Assembly (NCBI GenBank): GCA_964036045.1
Contig: OZ038378.1
Span: 176,204,001 to 176,268,000 of the forward strand
DNA length: 64,000 nucleotides
Direction: 5' to 3'
Source: Eutreptiella sp. 'Long Island Sound 2002'
Taxonomy: Eukaryota > Protista > Euglenida
Shown here: positions 47,872 to 60,557 of the stretch, one piece after another
Position numbering within the stretch: the stretch's first letter is position 1
How the letters are laid out: every line of letters starts with the position of its first letter
Made by a program: the position numbers and the translations under genes
Notes under the pieces: model-generated
Told to the model about the DNA's origin: nothing
Seen by the model: the letters and a program-made list of their open reading frames with translations, nothing else
Database searches by the model: none

Positions 47872-48137
47872 TACATCTTGAACAGCAAACACACCACAGA
47901 GCAGCACAACAATGATGACGAACATGACAGCACTGACCATGACAAGACGAACAACAGCAACGCAAGCAGCAACAATGCAACAATGACATCATCATCAATA
48001 GCAACAACAACACCAACAACGATAACAGCAGCAGCAGCAAAATTGGATGTACCCGGCACGGGAGGGGGCGGTGGAGGGTCCAAAACGGCCGTGCGTGTGG
48101 ATGCATGTGAATGCCGCCTATGTGTGTCGTGTTGCAG

Positions 48138-48246
48138 GCTGCGGCAGATGCAAGAAAATGTGTTGGGGGAGGACCAGTCGTCGCCGGAGGCACAGCGGAT
48201 GTTATGGGAGGCGTTGAAGAAGAGTATCAACGGCCTCATCAACAAG
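48138..48246 (+). CDS. CWC22: CWC22 exon, start of MIF4G domain
   Basis: QRMLWEALKKSINGLINK is near-invariant in CWC22; AG/GT boundaries. Confidence 0.95.
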
Positions 48247-48773
48247 GTGTTTGCGGCCCATGTGTGGGCAGGGACGCGCAGCCTGTACGTCCTGTGCGCC
48301 TGTGTGTGCGTGTCTGCAGCCCCGCCGTGTCCGCACCTGTTTGCATAGCGTGTGTGCGTGCAGGTGTGGCAATTGCACTCTGCGCAGAGGCATCAGTACG
48401 CGTACCTATACGTAAAGCTTACCGTGTGGATGGATTTTTTGCAATGTACGCCTGCGACCGACCCCGGCACTTTTGCTGTGCGCTGGCAACTTTCTGTTGC
48501 CCTACGTCCCCAGGACCGTCACGCGCGCGTGTGTGGACGGACAGGGCGGCTTCGGGGGTCCGGTGCATTGGGATTCCCCCCACCAACACCACCCACCTAC
48601 CGACAACACACCGACAGCGCAATACGCTTGACGCTTGGGATTTACAAGTCAAACTGCGCTTGTCACTCCCGCATATGCCCGGCGTCTTAGTCTACCAGCT
48701 ACAGGGGGTTGCGGCACAGGGATTACTTAGAAATGAAGGCGCCGCGCTGCCCTTGTGCCGCGCCATTCCGCAG

Positions 48774-48872
48774 GTGAACACCCTCAACATCAAGAACATC
48801 ATTCCGGAGATCTTCGGGGAGAACATCATCCGTGGCAAAGGGCTGCTGTGCCGGTCCGTCATGAAGGCCCAG
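48774..48872 (+). CDS. CWC22: CWC22 exon, MIF4G
   Basis: VNTLNIKNIIPEIFGENIIRGKGLLCRSVMKAQ; 99 nt, phase 0/0. Confidence 0.95.
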
Positions 48873-49849
48873 GTACGGGACACCCGCCCACCCTCAGCGA
48901 CTGCCGACGCGGATAATCCGGGGCCCTTCTCGAAACCAAACATTCAGTCGGTCACCTGCGCCCCCCCCTTTCAGATCTGCCCTTCTGGTCGCGCGGTTTC
49001 GTGCGGTTGGGGACGAAGTGTTCAAAGTGAGCTCTGCGGCCCGCGCCCAGTGCGCTGTTTCGCTCGGGTTATGTGTTGCCCCTGCGGTGTGGTCTGCAAC
49101 GCCGTGTGCCGTGGAATTGCCTTAGTTCGGTGTGTCAGAAACGGCAGCAGAGCCCCAGCGCACGCGCATGGGGACCCCCCACAGGTGCCTGCCCTGTGCC
49201 GACTGGAGACCGTCAGTCAGTTGTCCGACGTTCGTCTCCAAGCGCTATTCACAAATCTTATAGTGTGGCACGGTATCATGTGCGACTCGAAATGATGGCC
49301 TGTTCGCACTGATGGCAACGAGTTGTGGGTCCATGCGAAAAAGCATCCATCTGCAGGCCCAGTCCTGACTTGGTTTGGCAACATTTCTCATTTCCGAAAA
49401 GCTGGGGGCTGGTTGGGGGGTTACCGGTCGTGTGCTTGGACCGGGCCCCCAGAGGAGGGGCGGGGGGGTCCAAGTTGGATGGTAAAACATCTGGGACTCC
49501 CCTGCCCTTTGCTACTTTCGCTGCCGCCGCTGCTGCTGTCGCTATGTCTACTGCTGTCAGCTTTTCTGATTTGCTTGCTGCTGACTGCGCGGTGGGTCCA
49601 GGTTTTGCAGCAGATGTGTTGCGGGAGAGGTGGTGCTGTGGTGTGTTGATGCCTCAGAAAGCGCCCTCGCCCCCCCGCCAAATGTTTCTGAAGGGGGGGA
49701 CTGGTTGGGTGGTTGGGTGGTGTGTCAACACCTTGATTCCCCCGCTCTAATGAACACAGTTGCTGCTGTCCTTTGTGACAGATTCCACGCGGTCTCAGGG
49801 CGTTGATGCCGCCCCTTCCCAGCGATTCCACCCCCGCGCCATGTCTCAG

Positions 49850-50062
49850 GCCGCATCCCCTGCCTTCACCCACGTGTTTGCCGCGATGGTGGCGGTGATC
49901 AACACCAAAATCCCAGAGATCGGGGACCTGCTCTTGACGCGGATCATCATCAATTGGCGCCGGGCTTTCAAGCGTAATGACAAACAGATGTGCTCGACCC
50001 TCGCAAAGTTTTTGGCGCACTTGACCAATCAGAAGGTGGTGGATGACAATCTCACGTTGGAG
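49850..50062 (+). CDS. CWC22: CWC22 exon, MIF4G
   Basis: AASPAFTHVFAAMVAVINTKIPEIGDLLL...FKRNDKQMC...KFLAHLTNQ; 213 nt, phase 0/0. Confidence 0.95.
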
Positions 50063-50909
50063 GTGCGCGCGCGCTATGCCACTCCAGTGCTTTCTTTCGG
50101 AGCCTAAACGATTTTCTTTGGCCTCGACCAAAGTCAGTGTCCCACCGGTCAGTGGTTGGCGCTTGGCGTTGGGTTACTAAGAGCGAGCGGTGTATCCGCC
50201 AGTGGTTGGTGGTGAACCAGCGACGGTTACCAATTTACCGCAGGCAGTTGCCATGCCAAGTGACAAAGGTGGTGATTTCACGTTTGTCACGTGCCACGGA
50301 CCGCAGACGTTAGCGATGGAGCCCTGTGCCTGAGGTTTGGCCCCTGGTGGTGCATCCAGTAAAAGGAAAATATCTGAGGGTCATGAATATCAAGGGCAAC
50401 AATAACCAATGCCTCAATTGTCAAGGTGCTCGCCGCCAGACGATGACACACCTCTGTGTCCGGCATCGTAGTTTTCTGCTGAACTGAAGGTGCGCACTGG
50501 CTTGCCGACAACCGGCGGTCGCAGACACACCGTGTTGCGTTTGCTGTTGCATCAGATTTATCCAGGTCTCAATGATAAAGGAAAATGCCTTTTGATAAAT
50601 CCGATGTTTTGTACGTTTTTAGTTCAGTGTATTGAATCGACGGCAGTTGGCAAACGGCTGACGGCGATGGTTGATAAGGGGCATGACAGCGGCAGTTGGG
50701 TGACGAACGGTCCGGTCACGTGTCACCGACGCAAGTTGCTGGTCGAGCCACGTTTCCTCACGGTTCTGGCGTAAGGGAGTGCAGGTGGTTTATTGCCCCG
50801 CGGTATAATTCAAGCGTCACTGCCTCAGTGCTCTGATCTTGCCGTTGTCGTCCAAAACGCTCTCCCTCCCCCGCCGGCGCCGCGTTCATGATCGTGCATT
50901 GTCGCGCAG

Positions 50910-50975
50910 ATGCTGACGCTGCTCCTGGACAAGCCGACCGACGACAGTGTGGAAGTCGCTGTGACTATGGTGAAG
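50910..50975 (+). CDS. CWC22: CWC22 exon, MIF4G
   Basis: MLTLLLDKPTDDSVEVAVTMVK (cf. LLLE.PTDDSVEVA). Confidence 0.95.
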
Positions 50976-51419
50976 GTGTGCCCTCGCCCTGGGGCTGGCG
51001 CCTCCAACATTCGGAATAACATACACCCCGTCGCACGAAAGAGGGGAGCAGGGAGGGGGCAAGGGGCTGACGGGGGGTTTCAAAAGTGGGTGCCAGAGCG
51101 GTTACTGGTGGTTGGAAAAGCGGTTGGCACAAGGTGTCGTGACGGCGTTTGTGGCCCGTTGGGGGCAGACAGCAGCGGTTGGGACGGGGGCGGACTGTCA
51201 CACCGAAAAGGGGGTGAGGAATCCCTACCCCCCCCTCAAGCACATCCCTGGCCTTCGGGGGCGGGAGGGCGCTCTGGGAGTGTTCAGCGTTCAGGACAGC
51301 CGTTGTCCCCATCCAAAACGCAAGGCACAACGGCCGCCGAGAGTACAGGGCATCAGACATTCCTACCGGAGAAGGACTGGGCGCCCGTGACAAAACCATG
51401 CAAAAGAGACAACCAGAGG

Positions 51420-51660
51420 GTGGCATACGCGACAGGATTCGAGCCGACAGACGTCGTCAAACCCCGATCCTGGGGTCGGCAGGAATGTTCGGAGGCCGCG
51501 GGTTTACTGCGGGCGCCGGTCGAGGGGAATTGTCGAATGTTGGGATTCGAACCTGGGACCAAGTGTGCAGGCGTCAGGGGCTCTAGCCTCCCGACCGACC
51601 GCAGTCTCGGCGGCCGATAGGCCACCGATGGCACTCCACAGTAAAAGCGACGGGTGGCAG
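51420..51660 (-). repeat. tRNA-like/SINE units in a CWC22 intron
   Basis: - strand CCCAGGTTCGAATCCC B-box with an upstream GGCTAGAGC A-box-like motif; a second degenerate GGCTCGAATCC nearby. A related + strand unit lies at about 55930-55995 (CCCGGTTCGAACCCTGGG). Confidence 0.55.
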
Positions 51661-52246
51661 GAATGGCTCACGCATATCCGCCGGCTGTTGCAGGTGCACC
51701 GACGGTTTCCCGGGGTGGGGGCCTGACCGGGTCCGAGGAGATTTGTTGTTTTGGTCGTACGGAGCGCCGGTGACTGCCTGGGCGCCGGAGTACTGCTGCA
51801 GGCGGGTTACCCCATGCCCTGACCAACAGGGGCAGCATTGCTCTTCGGTTGGCCGGTGGTTCATCATCGTGCGGTGGGACGAGGGGGGGGGGGGGGGCGG
51901 TTCGAACGGCCATGTACCACAGGACGTGCGGGGGGTGGGGGCGGGTCGGGAACGCACGCGGCGCGGGCAACAGGGTGCTGCACTCACTGCGGTGTGCCCG
52001 GGACAGGGGCAAGCGTATCCGCCGCAGCCAGTGGAATCAGGACCAGTAATTTACCAGTACACCTCCCCTTTGACCCCCCGACCCTCCTCTTTAAGGGGTG
52101 ATTGATTTGCGAAATTGTCGAAGATGCAACCGTTTGCTGGACCGGTGACAAGTTGGGTGTAGATTGAAGCAAAATGTGGATGGCCAATGCCTGTCCTCTG
52201 TCATTTGAAGTATTTAGCCCGGCCACCCCGTGCGTGTTCACTGCAG

Positions 52247-52327
52247 GAAGTGGGGGCGACGCTTAATGAGGTCAGCAGCCTTGGCCTGCACGCCATTTTT
52301 GAGCGTTTCCGTGCCATTCTTCATGAG
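52247..52327 (+). CDS. CWC22: CWC22 exon, MIF4G
   Basis: EVGATLNEVSSLGLHAIFERFRAILHE; 81 nt, phase 0/0. Confidence 0.92.
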
Positions 52328-54104
52328 GTGTGCTGCATCTGTACCCAGCCCCACTCACTCCAGCAGCCTATCTCTCTTCACCCCACGCCCACCCAATGCA
52401 GTATAGCACAAGTGAATCCAGTACGAACCAATCCGGCAGGCGCACCCACTCTCGCCCTATTCAGCCCGTACACCGCACCCAAGGCCACCCAGAACCGGCC
52501 CGCGCCACTCAGCTCAGCTCCACCCCACACCACCCCACCCTCATATCACAACCCAATGCAGTACTGTCCACTGCGAAGTTCGGGAGTAGCAGCTCTCAAA
52601 CGATGATTTCACGGCTCAAGGGACAAATGTTGCTCCTTCCCCAACCCAATCCAAGATGGATGCGCGTTCTAAGTGGTGGCCGTGGCGCATTCTGTGGTTT
52701 CATGTCAAGTAATGTATATCGCGGAAGGCTCGCGATTCTCATGGTCTTGTAGGATTAGGGCACTCATTCGGTGTCCAGCCAAAGACGTCAGATTTTGATG
52801 TCGAGACGCCTTGTCACGTCGGAGACGGAAGTTCGACAAAATCTCCCCTCCGTTTCACATGTCGTGTTTTCCATCCTGTTTTATATCTGAGTTGAATTGG
52901 TACAAACTCTAAAACCAAATCCTACACATGTCCGATGTTTTGTTTGTTGCTCTTTGCTTTGTGATGCTTCCCATGTTCTTAAGAATGTGTCTATTTCAAG
53001 GCCGTCACAAAGCCGGTGCGGAGTGGATTGCAATGTGGTGCACCTCTCAACCTTTAAATTACCTTACTAGCTAGATTCTTCTTTGACCAAGAGGGTAACC
53101 ACAGACAGCCAATTTTCGCGCCAGAAACGACACACACGGCAAGTTTTTTAGGGAATGCCTGCGCAATCAGGTCGAGCAAGTGCATATGTGCGCTTTTTCA
53201 ATGATAAATTATGCATGCCCCACGTCGCGACAGTTTTGCGGCATCGCCGCACATTTCTCACTGTTTGACAAGATATTGCAAGTGTTGGAGAGTGTTTAAA
53301 TCGCGTCAGGCGCGAAAAAGCTTGCTTGCTGTCTTGGCCCAAGGAAGGAAGGATTGCGAGTCCCAGCTCAAAATAGTAGGCTCAACTTCGCACCTGAAAG
53401 CGGAGTACCTCAGCCAAGCCAATCCACCCCATTCGAATTCACCGCAATAGGATCCAACCCATACACCCCCCTCCCGCTCCAACCCCCACTATTTCACACC
53501 CATTTGAGGATATTTTGTTGACTGCATTTTGGGTGCTGAAGTTGCACTGTATTGCGCGATTTTCGAGTGCTGCTGGTCTGCCTCACTCCCCGGTCTCGCC
53601 CCTCACTCCACAGCCTCTCACCATCTCTGGCGTGTCACCTTGCCCCCGCCGGCCGTGGGGCCTGCAGCCCAGGGGGCTTCCGGGCCTAGCACGCAGGTAT
53701 TGCAGCAGCCACTCCATTCCACTCCACTCCATCTCTACGGTTTCCTGCCAATAGTAACACAAATGTTCCTGAATATTCCCAAGTGAGAGCTACATCTGTT
53801 ATGCAGAATAATTACAACCATTTCGGAATTTCAGTCGGTGCTTGTACGTACAATCTTCTGTGTTTTCTGCTTCCTCGGTGCTGCACCGGAAGTTTGTCGC
53901 CGTTTTGCATAGAGCGATGTGATTTTCCATGTGAGCAACCTCAGGAAGCCCAGCACAGGCCATGGCCTCTTCTCTGAGGGGTTTTTATCCTAGCAACATC
54001 CATGACTTTCATGCTCCGTGGTTACTAGTTTCATATTCATCTGCGCTGAATCCCAGCTCAGATGATGATGATAAGTTGAAGGCTAAAAAAGAGAAGGTCC
54101 TGCC

Positions 54105-54368
54105 TTGTTGATTTCAGAATGGCAAAGATACACACAGTTGGAGAGACATAAGGTGGACTACTACAAACGCATGGATAGTGATACATTTGGGCTAGCCCAG
54201 GGCTCATTGATATATGATGCAATTGCACGATACATGCAGTTCCCAACAACTGCAGCTCTTGTGGAGCGTTCCTTCAGCTTCGCAGCGCTTCTGATGTCAG
54301 CTTCCGTGCCCACTGCTGGGGCAAGGGTTTGCACTGGTGATGTGGAGGAATGGTTTGCTCAGCGTTAG
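54105..54368 (+). mobile_element. hAT transposase C-terminal dimerisation-domain relic
   Basis: ARYMQFPTTAALVERSFSFA matches the hAT P.TS...ER.FS motif. Confidence 0.7.
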
Positions 54369-54628
54369 ACAGCGATAGTCAGTGTGCGAAAAATATCTGG
54401 GAACTGTGTGGTGCAGGCGTATGCGCCAGAGGGAGTGATGCGCCATGTCCACAACTGCCAAAGGTTTCAAAAATCGTTTCTCTGCCATTCCGAATATTCC
54501 TGGATGATTCCGAAAGGTTCCGAAAATTTCCGGCACAGAAATCTTTCCATGGCGACGAATCTTTGGGAAACCTTACTATCTTCCTCCACGTCCCCTCCAA
54601 TTTACACAGCTCCTTCTCAACTTCGCAG

Positions 54629-54760
54629 GGAGACCTCGACAAACGCACGCAGTACATGATCGAAGACCTGTTTCTTGTGCGGAAGAGCAAATTTGCTGCG
54701 CACCAGCCGATCACTGAAGACTTAGATTTGGTGGAGGAGAGTGAGCAGATCACCCACGAG
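54629..54760 (+). CDS. CWC22: CWC22 exon, end of MIF4G
   Basis: GDLDKRTQYMIEDLFLVRK...LDLVEESEQITHE. Confidence 0.95.
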
Positions 54761-54911
54761 GTTTGTGCAAACCTGCGGATCGCAAAGTGCTGCAGCCCGA
54801 AGCCTGGCCCTCCAAATAGCCCCTCTACGAGACGGGCTGCAGCCACCACCTGAGCCCCAACCCCGTTCTGCCCCTGGGGATGACCTGTTGCCCTTGCATC
54901 CCCCAGACGTC

Positions 54912-54968
54912 TCATCCTCCTCCTCCTCCTCCTCCTCCTCCTCCTCCTCCTCCTCCAACACTACCACC

Positions 54969-55020
<52 letters not shown>
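54912..55020 (+). repeat. Compound (CCT)n and (GTCT)n microsatellite
   Basis: Direct reading. Confidence 0.97.
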
Positions 55021-55023
<3 letters not shown>

Positions 55024-55373
55024 CCACCCCCAATGCATGCACTTGTCAATTACAAACCAAACAGCAACTGATGCTGAACGGACCTCAAATGCCACAAAAT
55101 GTGTCTCCTCACCATCCCCGTGTCCCATGGACATGCAATACTACTTGTCGCAGCCTCAAACAGCTTGCTCACACACCCTGGTCTCCACACACTCATGCGG
55201 CTACACGCGCTGCAGAATGACGTAAATATTGCATGCAATTGGGCACACCACCCACCCATCTCTGATGCACACCATCCACCAGTGATGCACACCACCGACC
55301 GACTGCATACAACCCCTCACCTCTGGGCTATACCTGCCACCCACCTCTGATGCCACCCACCTCGGGTGCTCAG

Positions 55374-55551
55374 ATCTCGCTCCACGATCAAGCCCTGGAT
55401 GCGATGAAGAAGCTCGATTTCTTCCACGTGGACCCGGAATTCCAGAAGAACGAGGACATGTATGAGCAGGTCCGGAAGGAGATCTTGGGGGACGACAGCG
55501 ACGCGGAGGTGGACGAAGAGGACGAGGAGGATGAGGAGGACGAAGCCGAAG
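55374..55551 (+). CDS. CWC22: CWC22 exon, acidic linker
   Basis: LDFFHVDPEFQKNEDMYEQVRKEILGDDSD followed by an acidic run; phase-1 donor. Confidence 0.92.
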
Positions 55552-56216
55552 GTGCTGCTGTGTGCTTTGATGTGCGAGCAGTGAATAACGTTGCCGCGAC
55601 GGGCGTGCTGGGCAATTTTTTAGGCCTCAACGCCTTCGATTGGCGCTATCCCAGGGGCCGCCAAACCCGTCCGCGCCTTGGGAGGGGACCTCGACATGGC
55701 AGGGGCTACGAAGCCACGCCACCTTCCCACAGAATGGATCGACTGGCACACGAGTGGGGGCAATGCTGTTCAGGAGGCGCGGTAGGTGTCACATTGTTTC
55801 GCAGTTTGAACTGCTGGACTTGACGTTTCGCTGTGGGTCTACAGGGGTGGTCTTGGGGTTGCTTTAACTCTTGGAGCGGCAAGTTTGTGGTCTGCTTTGG
55901 GGCTCGTCTCAGGGGCCAGCAGAGGGATTGCGCAGGTCAGCTGTCATGCACCGAGCGCCCGGACTGAAGGGACCCGGTTCGAACCCTGGGGCCACTCGGG
56001 AGCATTTTTGGTTCCCATCCCACGCTCCTCACGAGAATAATTGTGGTTCGATGGACCTGGAGGACGCCCAGGATCTCACCTCACCTCACCTCAAGGGGAG
56101 GGCAGATCTGTTCCCCTCAGGGCCCACAGGGGTTGCGGGGGGACTGAGGGGGTGCAGGTGGTGGTGCCTTGCCATTGGCCCCACCCCAGCCCCGACCCGG
56201 GCCCCTACCGCCACAG

Positions 56217-56365
56217 CCGAGCGACAGCAAGAGATCCACGACATGAGCGAGGCCACGAAGACGCAGCTGCGGCGCACTCTGTACCTGACGATCATGTCCT
56301 CTTTGGACTTCGAGGAATGCGCCCACAAGATCCTGAAAGGCCCCATCCCTTTGGACGGCAAAGAG
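56217..56365 (+). CDS. CWC22: CWC22 exon, start of MA3/MI domain
   Basis: IHDMSE...LRRTLYLTIMSSLDFEECAHKILK; phase-1 acceptor CCACAG|CC matches the previous donor. Confidence 0.9.
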
Positions 56366-56648
56366 GTCCCTGCAGCCCCTTTGCAACGACCGCCTTCACC
56401 TGCAATCCATTGCCATTCACGTGCCAGTGGCGAACAGCCGACAGCCGACAGCCATCGGTTCACTGCGTTCCTGTGTGGTCCCCAATCTGACGGACAGAGC
56501 ACTACTCTCACCCCTTCATGAACGGGGAACTTACATAACATAGCCCCAGGGAGCCCCAGTGGTAAGGGTTGTTCTCATGCTGACTGCAATGCAGAATTTT
56601 GTCGTGCTGGCGAACAAGTCCACTTGTTGATGTCCTCTTCGGACAGTT

Positions 56649-57218
56649 TGTAATTGCGATAAGGCTTGTTTGCTCATTACGTCTTCGATGCTGTTCAGGA
56701 AAATCGGCCTCATAATGCATACAAAACAAGCGCAAAGCCAACAGGTCTAAACCTCATTGAGTAATCTATTCAGCAAAAATTTGTCACCGCATGCCCGGAC
56801 TTATATCAGACAACATTTGAACGGGTGTTTGAATGTTGTCAAATTACACTAAAAGAGAAGGCAGCTTCTTGTTGAAGAACACTGTCAGCATGATGCACAT
56901 GCCACACGCACTGACGCTTTTCAGTATTGCAAGTGTAATTGCGATAAGGCTTGTTTGCTCATTACGTCTTCGATGCTGTTCAGGAAAATCGGCCTCATAA
57001 TGCATACAAAACAAGCGCAAAGCCAACAGGTCTAAACCTCATTGAGTAATCTATTCAGCAAAAATTTGTCACCGCATGCCCGGACTTATATCAGACAACA
57101 TTTGAACGGGTGTTTGAATGTTGTCAAATTACACTAAAAGAGAAGGCAGCTTCTTGTTGAAGAACACTGTCAGCATGATGCACATGCCACACGCACTGAC
57201 GCTTTTCAGTATTGCAAG
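56649..57218. repeat. Head-to-tail duplication of a 285-bp unit
   Basis: 56649-56933 and 56934-57218 read identical by eye (TGTAATTGCGATAAGG...CAGTATTGCAAG). Confidence 0.92.
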
Positions 57219-59185
57219 ATCTCTGGGTGTGGCGTAGCCCAACTTGCTTCCTCCTGAACGCCGTCCCCACGACATTCGAGACTTCTTGAGGACTTTTCAG
57301 GGGATCATGGGCGGTGCGAATATTCTTCTGGAAGTCGGACATAGGATCCAATTATCAGAAGGGTGCTCAGAGATCCCCTGGGACATTTGCGTCATCTCAC
57401 CCCATCCCCCACGTTGGTGCCAATAGGGCATTGAAGGGTGTTGGCAGTGTGGAAGTAGCTTTCACGGCGCAGGAGCTGCCGCGGACCTCCTGCAGCTGTC
57501 ATGTGCTGTCCAAAAACAGTGTTCCTATGCCGAACAGGCGGGGCTAAATGATGCAGAAGGAGGGTGCAAACACAACTACGGGGTGCATGGGGCTTCTACT
57601 ACGTGAACAGAAGTGGCAGGATCAAGCATCTCCACGCCAATGCCGCAGGTGCAAGATACACACAGGACTTGAAATGAAGTCCGTAAGGTAGATGCCGTTC
57701 GGGAAGCATCCTGAGCCCCTCCAGCAGTGCGCTCTGAACGCTTTCACTTCTCCCTTGATATTACTCCGCCCTTTGACCTAATATTGGTGCAGGGCAGAGT
57801 GGGGGCAGACGGGGGTGTGGCTGTGGGGAGACGAACAAAACTCTGTGTGCTGCACCTCGCAGGTGCGGGTAGGGCTAGCAGGGGTCATGTGTGGGTCCAC
57901 AAATGGTCCAAAACCATTTTTTCCAAAGTTGTTCCTCGATCACTTGCAGTTGAGGGTGTTTTGAGCCATTCTCAACCCATGCTGTGCAGCCCCCACACCC
58001 CCCTTGAATAACAAGACTCGTGTGGTGGCCACAGACCACGTTGTGTGTGCACCGCCTTGTGTATGCACCGCCTTGTGTGCGGACTGCCAAACCGCCCCTT
58101 GCTTCGGCTCGCTCCGCTCAACGCGGGGGCCAGCCCCCGCACCCCCCTTAAAACAACAAGCCTTGTGTGTGGACCGCCAAACAAGCTTGACATAAACACT
58201 AGTCAAAGGCCATTTGACCTTTGACCAGTACCTTGTTTATTTTGGTGAAAATTTTTTGTTTTTTCCCCTTGTTTTTTGACAAATTGTTTATGAAAATGGC
58301 CATTTTTGCTGATACATGCCTCCTTTTTCTTAATCCTTGCATTGCAGGTTCATAGGAAACAAGTTTGTTGCATGTGATTCCTATGCTCGGCCGGTGTTGT
58401 TGGGTTGTGGTCGTCCTCGCTGCCTTATGGTCGGCTTGTTTGGGTTTCGGGTGTGTTGGGCCGTGGCCGGCGGTTCGGGTTTGGTTGCGGTTGTGGTGAT
58501 TGCTTCGGGTCGGGACGGGCTGGTCGGCCTCCCGAGCGCGTGTGGTGTGTCACCCCTTTGTCTTGGCCGGGAAAAAAGCCTTGAAAAGGGCCATTGTGTG
58601 ACAGAAAAGGGGGCAAAGGGGGGCAAAAAGGATTCTCACAAAAGTGATCCTAGACCATTTGGGATGCTCAAACACTTGGTTATGACTATTTCAGCCATTC
58701 CAAGGGGGTAGGGATTTGGAAAGGGCGAAATTTGGAATGGCAACTGTTGGGCGCACGCAAAGTGGACTGTGCAAAGTGGACCTCAATTCAGAATTCAAGG
58801 GTGCATAAAATCGGAACATGAGCAAAGAAAGGGGAGGCAATGGTGTATCGTCCCATAGATACTGTTGGCCATGCTGCAGGAAAGACAGGTGACTGGGAAA
58901 TCCTGAGCCAACCATTGCATGTAAAGCTATTGCGGTAGGATTTGGTGTGTGCAGAATTTCGCATATTTTTGGGGTAGGAAATTTGGCTACCAATCCTAAA
59001 ATATTACGGGAACAATTTTGCAGAATGGACGCACAACAAGCACAGACTCCATCCTGGCACTCCTTTGAGACAAGCAGGGTGTGGGTGGGTCCCCCGATTT
59101 CTCTTTCGGTGGGCAGGTACAAAGCGGCAAGATTCCCACCCCTTCTTGAACAATGGTGATGTAGTGTCCACTCCTCTGCCTGCAG

Positions 59186-59323
59186 GACGAGGTTTGCAAT
59201 ATGCTGATCGAGTGCTGCGCACAATCCCGGACGTATTTGCGGTTCTTCGGGCTGCTTGGCCAGCGTTTTTGCATGTTGAAGCGAGTGTATCAGGACGATT
59301 TTGAGGTTTGCTTCAAAACTCAG
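59186..59323 (+). CDS. CWC22: CWC22 exon, MA3
   Basis: EVCNMLIECCAQSRTYLRFFGLLGQRFC; 138 nt, phase 0/0. This ORF is absent from the supplied track. Confidence 0.95.
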
Positions 59324-60437
59324 GTGTGGACCCTCGGTGCCCCTTGAGGATGTTGCGGTGGCAGTCTAGTCGGGCATGAAATTGGCAAACGTGCACACGC
59401 TTCTGTTCTTCTGTGGTGACAGTGGTGCTACTCGCTACTTGATTAAAGGGCCAAAAAATGGTGCCCCAAGAGATGGTAACCCGTGCGCCTCTTGGCCCAT
59501 ACCCGTCAATACGGCCACACACGCACACATCGCCTTTGAAGCACCAGACATCTGTGAGCTGACCCTGACCAATGCAGTAAATCGTCCCATGCACGCCATT
59601 CCTCGGTGCAAGGACTTTGGCTGACTGCCTGGCTGCTGCCACCGAAAACACATGTCCGTCCCCCGAGCGGGAGCATTTAACACAGCGCAAACGGGTTGCT
59701 TGGGTCCATAGCCTTTTGTCAGTCAGTCCTTGTGGTATGGTATGCGTGGTGGACATGGAGTTTCATGCAGTTTTGTTGCTGCTGCTCTTCTTGCAGAGGG
59801 TTTTGAGGTCGGGAGCAGGCAGCACTTGGTGGATGAGCTCAGTCCCCATGGTAGTCCCGAGCTTTCAAAATGTGCCTGGCGCATGGACGCGGTGGCCACT
59901 GCCGCCGCCCACCGCTACAATACCTCCAGCTCCCATAGCTGCTGGCGGACGGGGCAGCCGCAGGGCCAATGCGGGCATCCGGCCATGCCACCAGTTGTGG
60001 TTTGATCGGTCGCCGCTCGTGGGATTGTGCGCTGCACACCCGTGTGGGTGGCCGTCTTCAGGGACGCTTCGCATATGAGGGCTCTGGTGTCCTGTTCCGT
60101 CTGCCGATGTGCTGACCGCTCTGCCAGCACGGCCATCGTGCGCAGGTTGTGTGTGTGCGGGTGTGTGCGTGTGGATGTGGGGACGGGGGGCGGTTCGCGG
60201 TTCCCATTGTGCGTATGTATGTGTGCGTGTGATCACGCGTGCCAAATACCTGCAGAGAACATGCCGAGTGCTGTGGAATAGCAACAAAACGCAGGCTGCG
60301 TGAGAACAGCTTCAGGGGTGTCCCGGGGCCTGTGCCTCCTGTGTGCGTGTGGCTTGTCCTGCTCTCTCAGTGGGCCCTCGCGGTCTCTCTGGGGCGCACC
60401 CGCATCGCAATGGCATCTGCGCGTTTCGCCCCTGCAG

Positions 60438-60557
60438 TATTCGATGATCCACCGCTTGGAAACCAATAAACTGCGGAATGTCGCGAAGTTCTTCGCCCAT
60501 TTGCTACAGACGGACGCTCTGCCCTGGACTGTCCTTCGCTATATCCATTTGAACGAG
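60438..60557 (+). CDS. CWC22: CWC22 exon, MA3; the gene continues beyond the window
   Basis: [33 protein letters not shown]. The expected next motif (TTSSSRIF-like) was not found before 64000. Confidence 0.95.
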
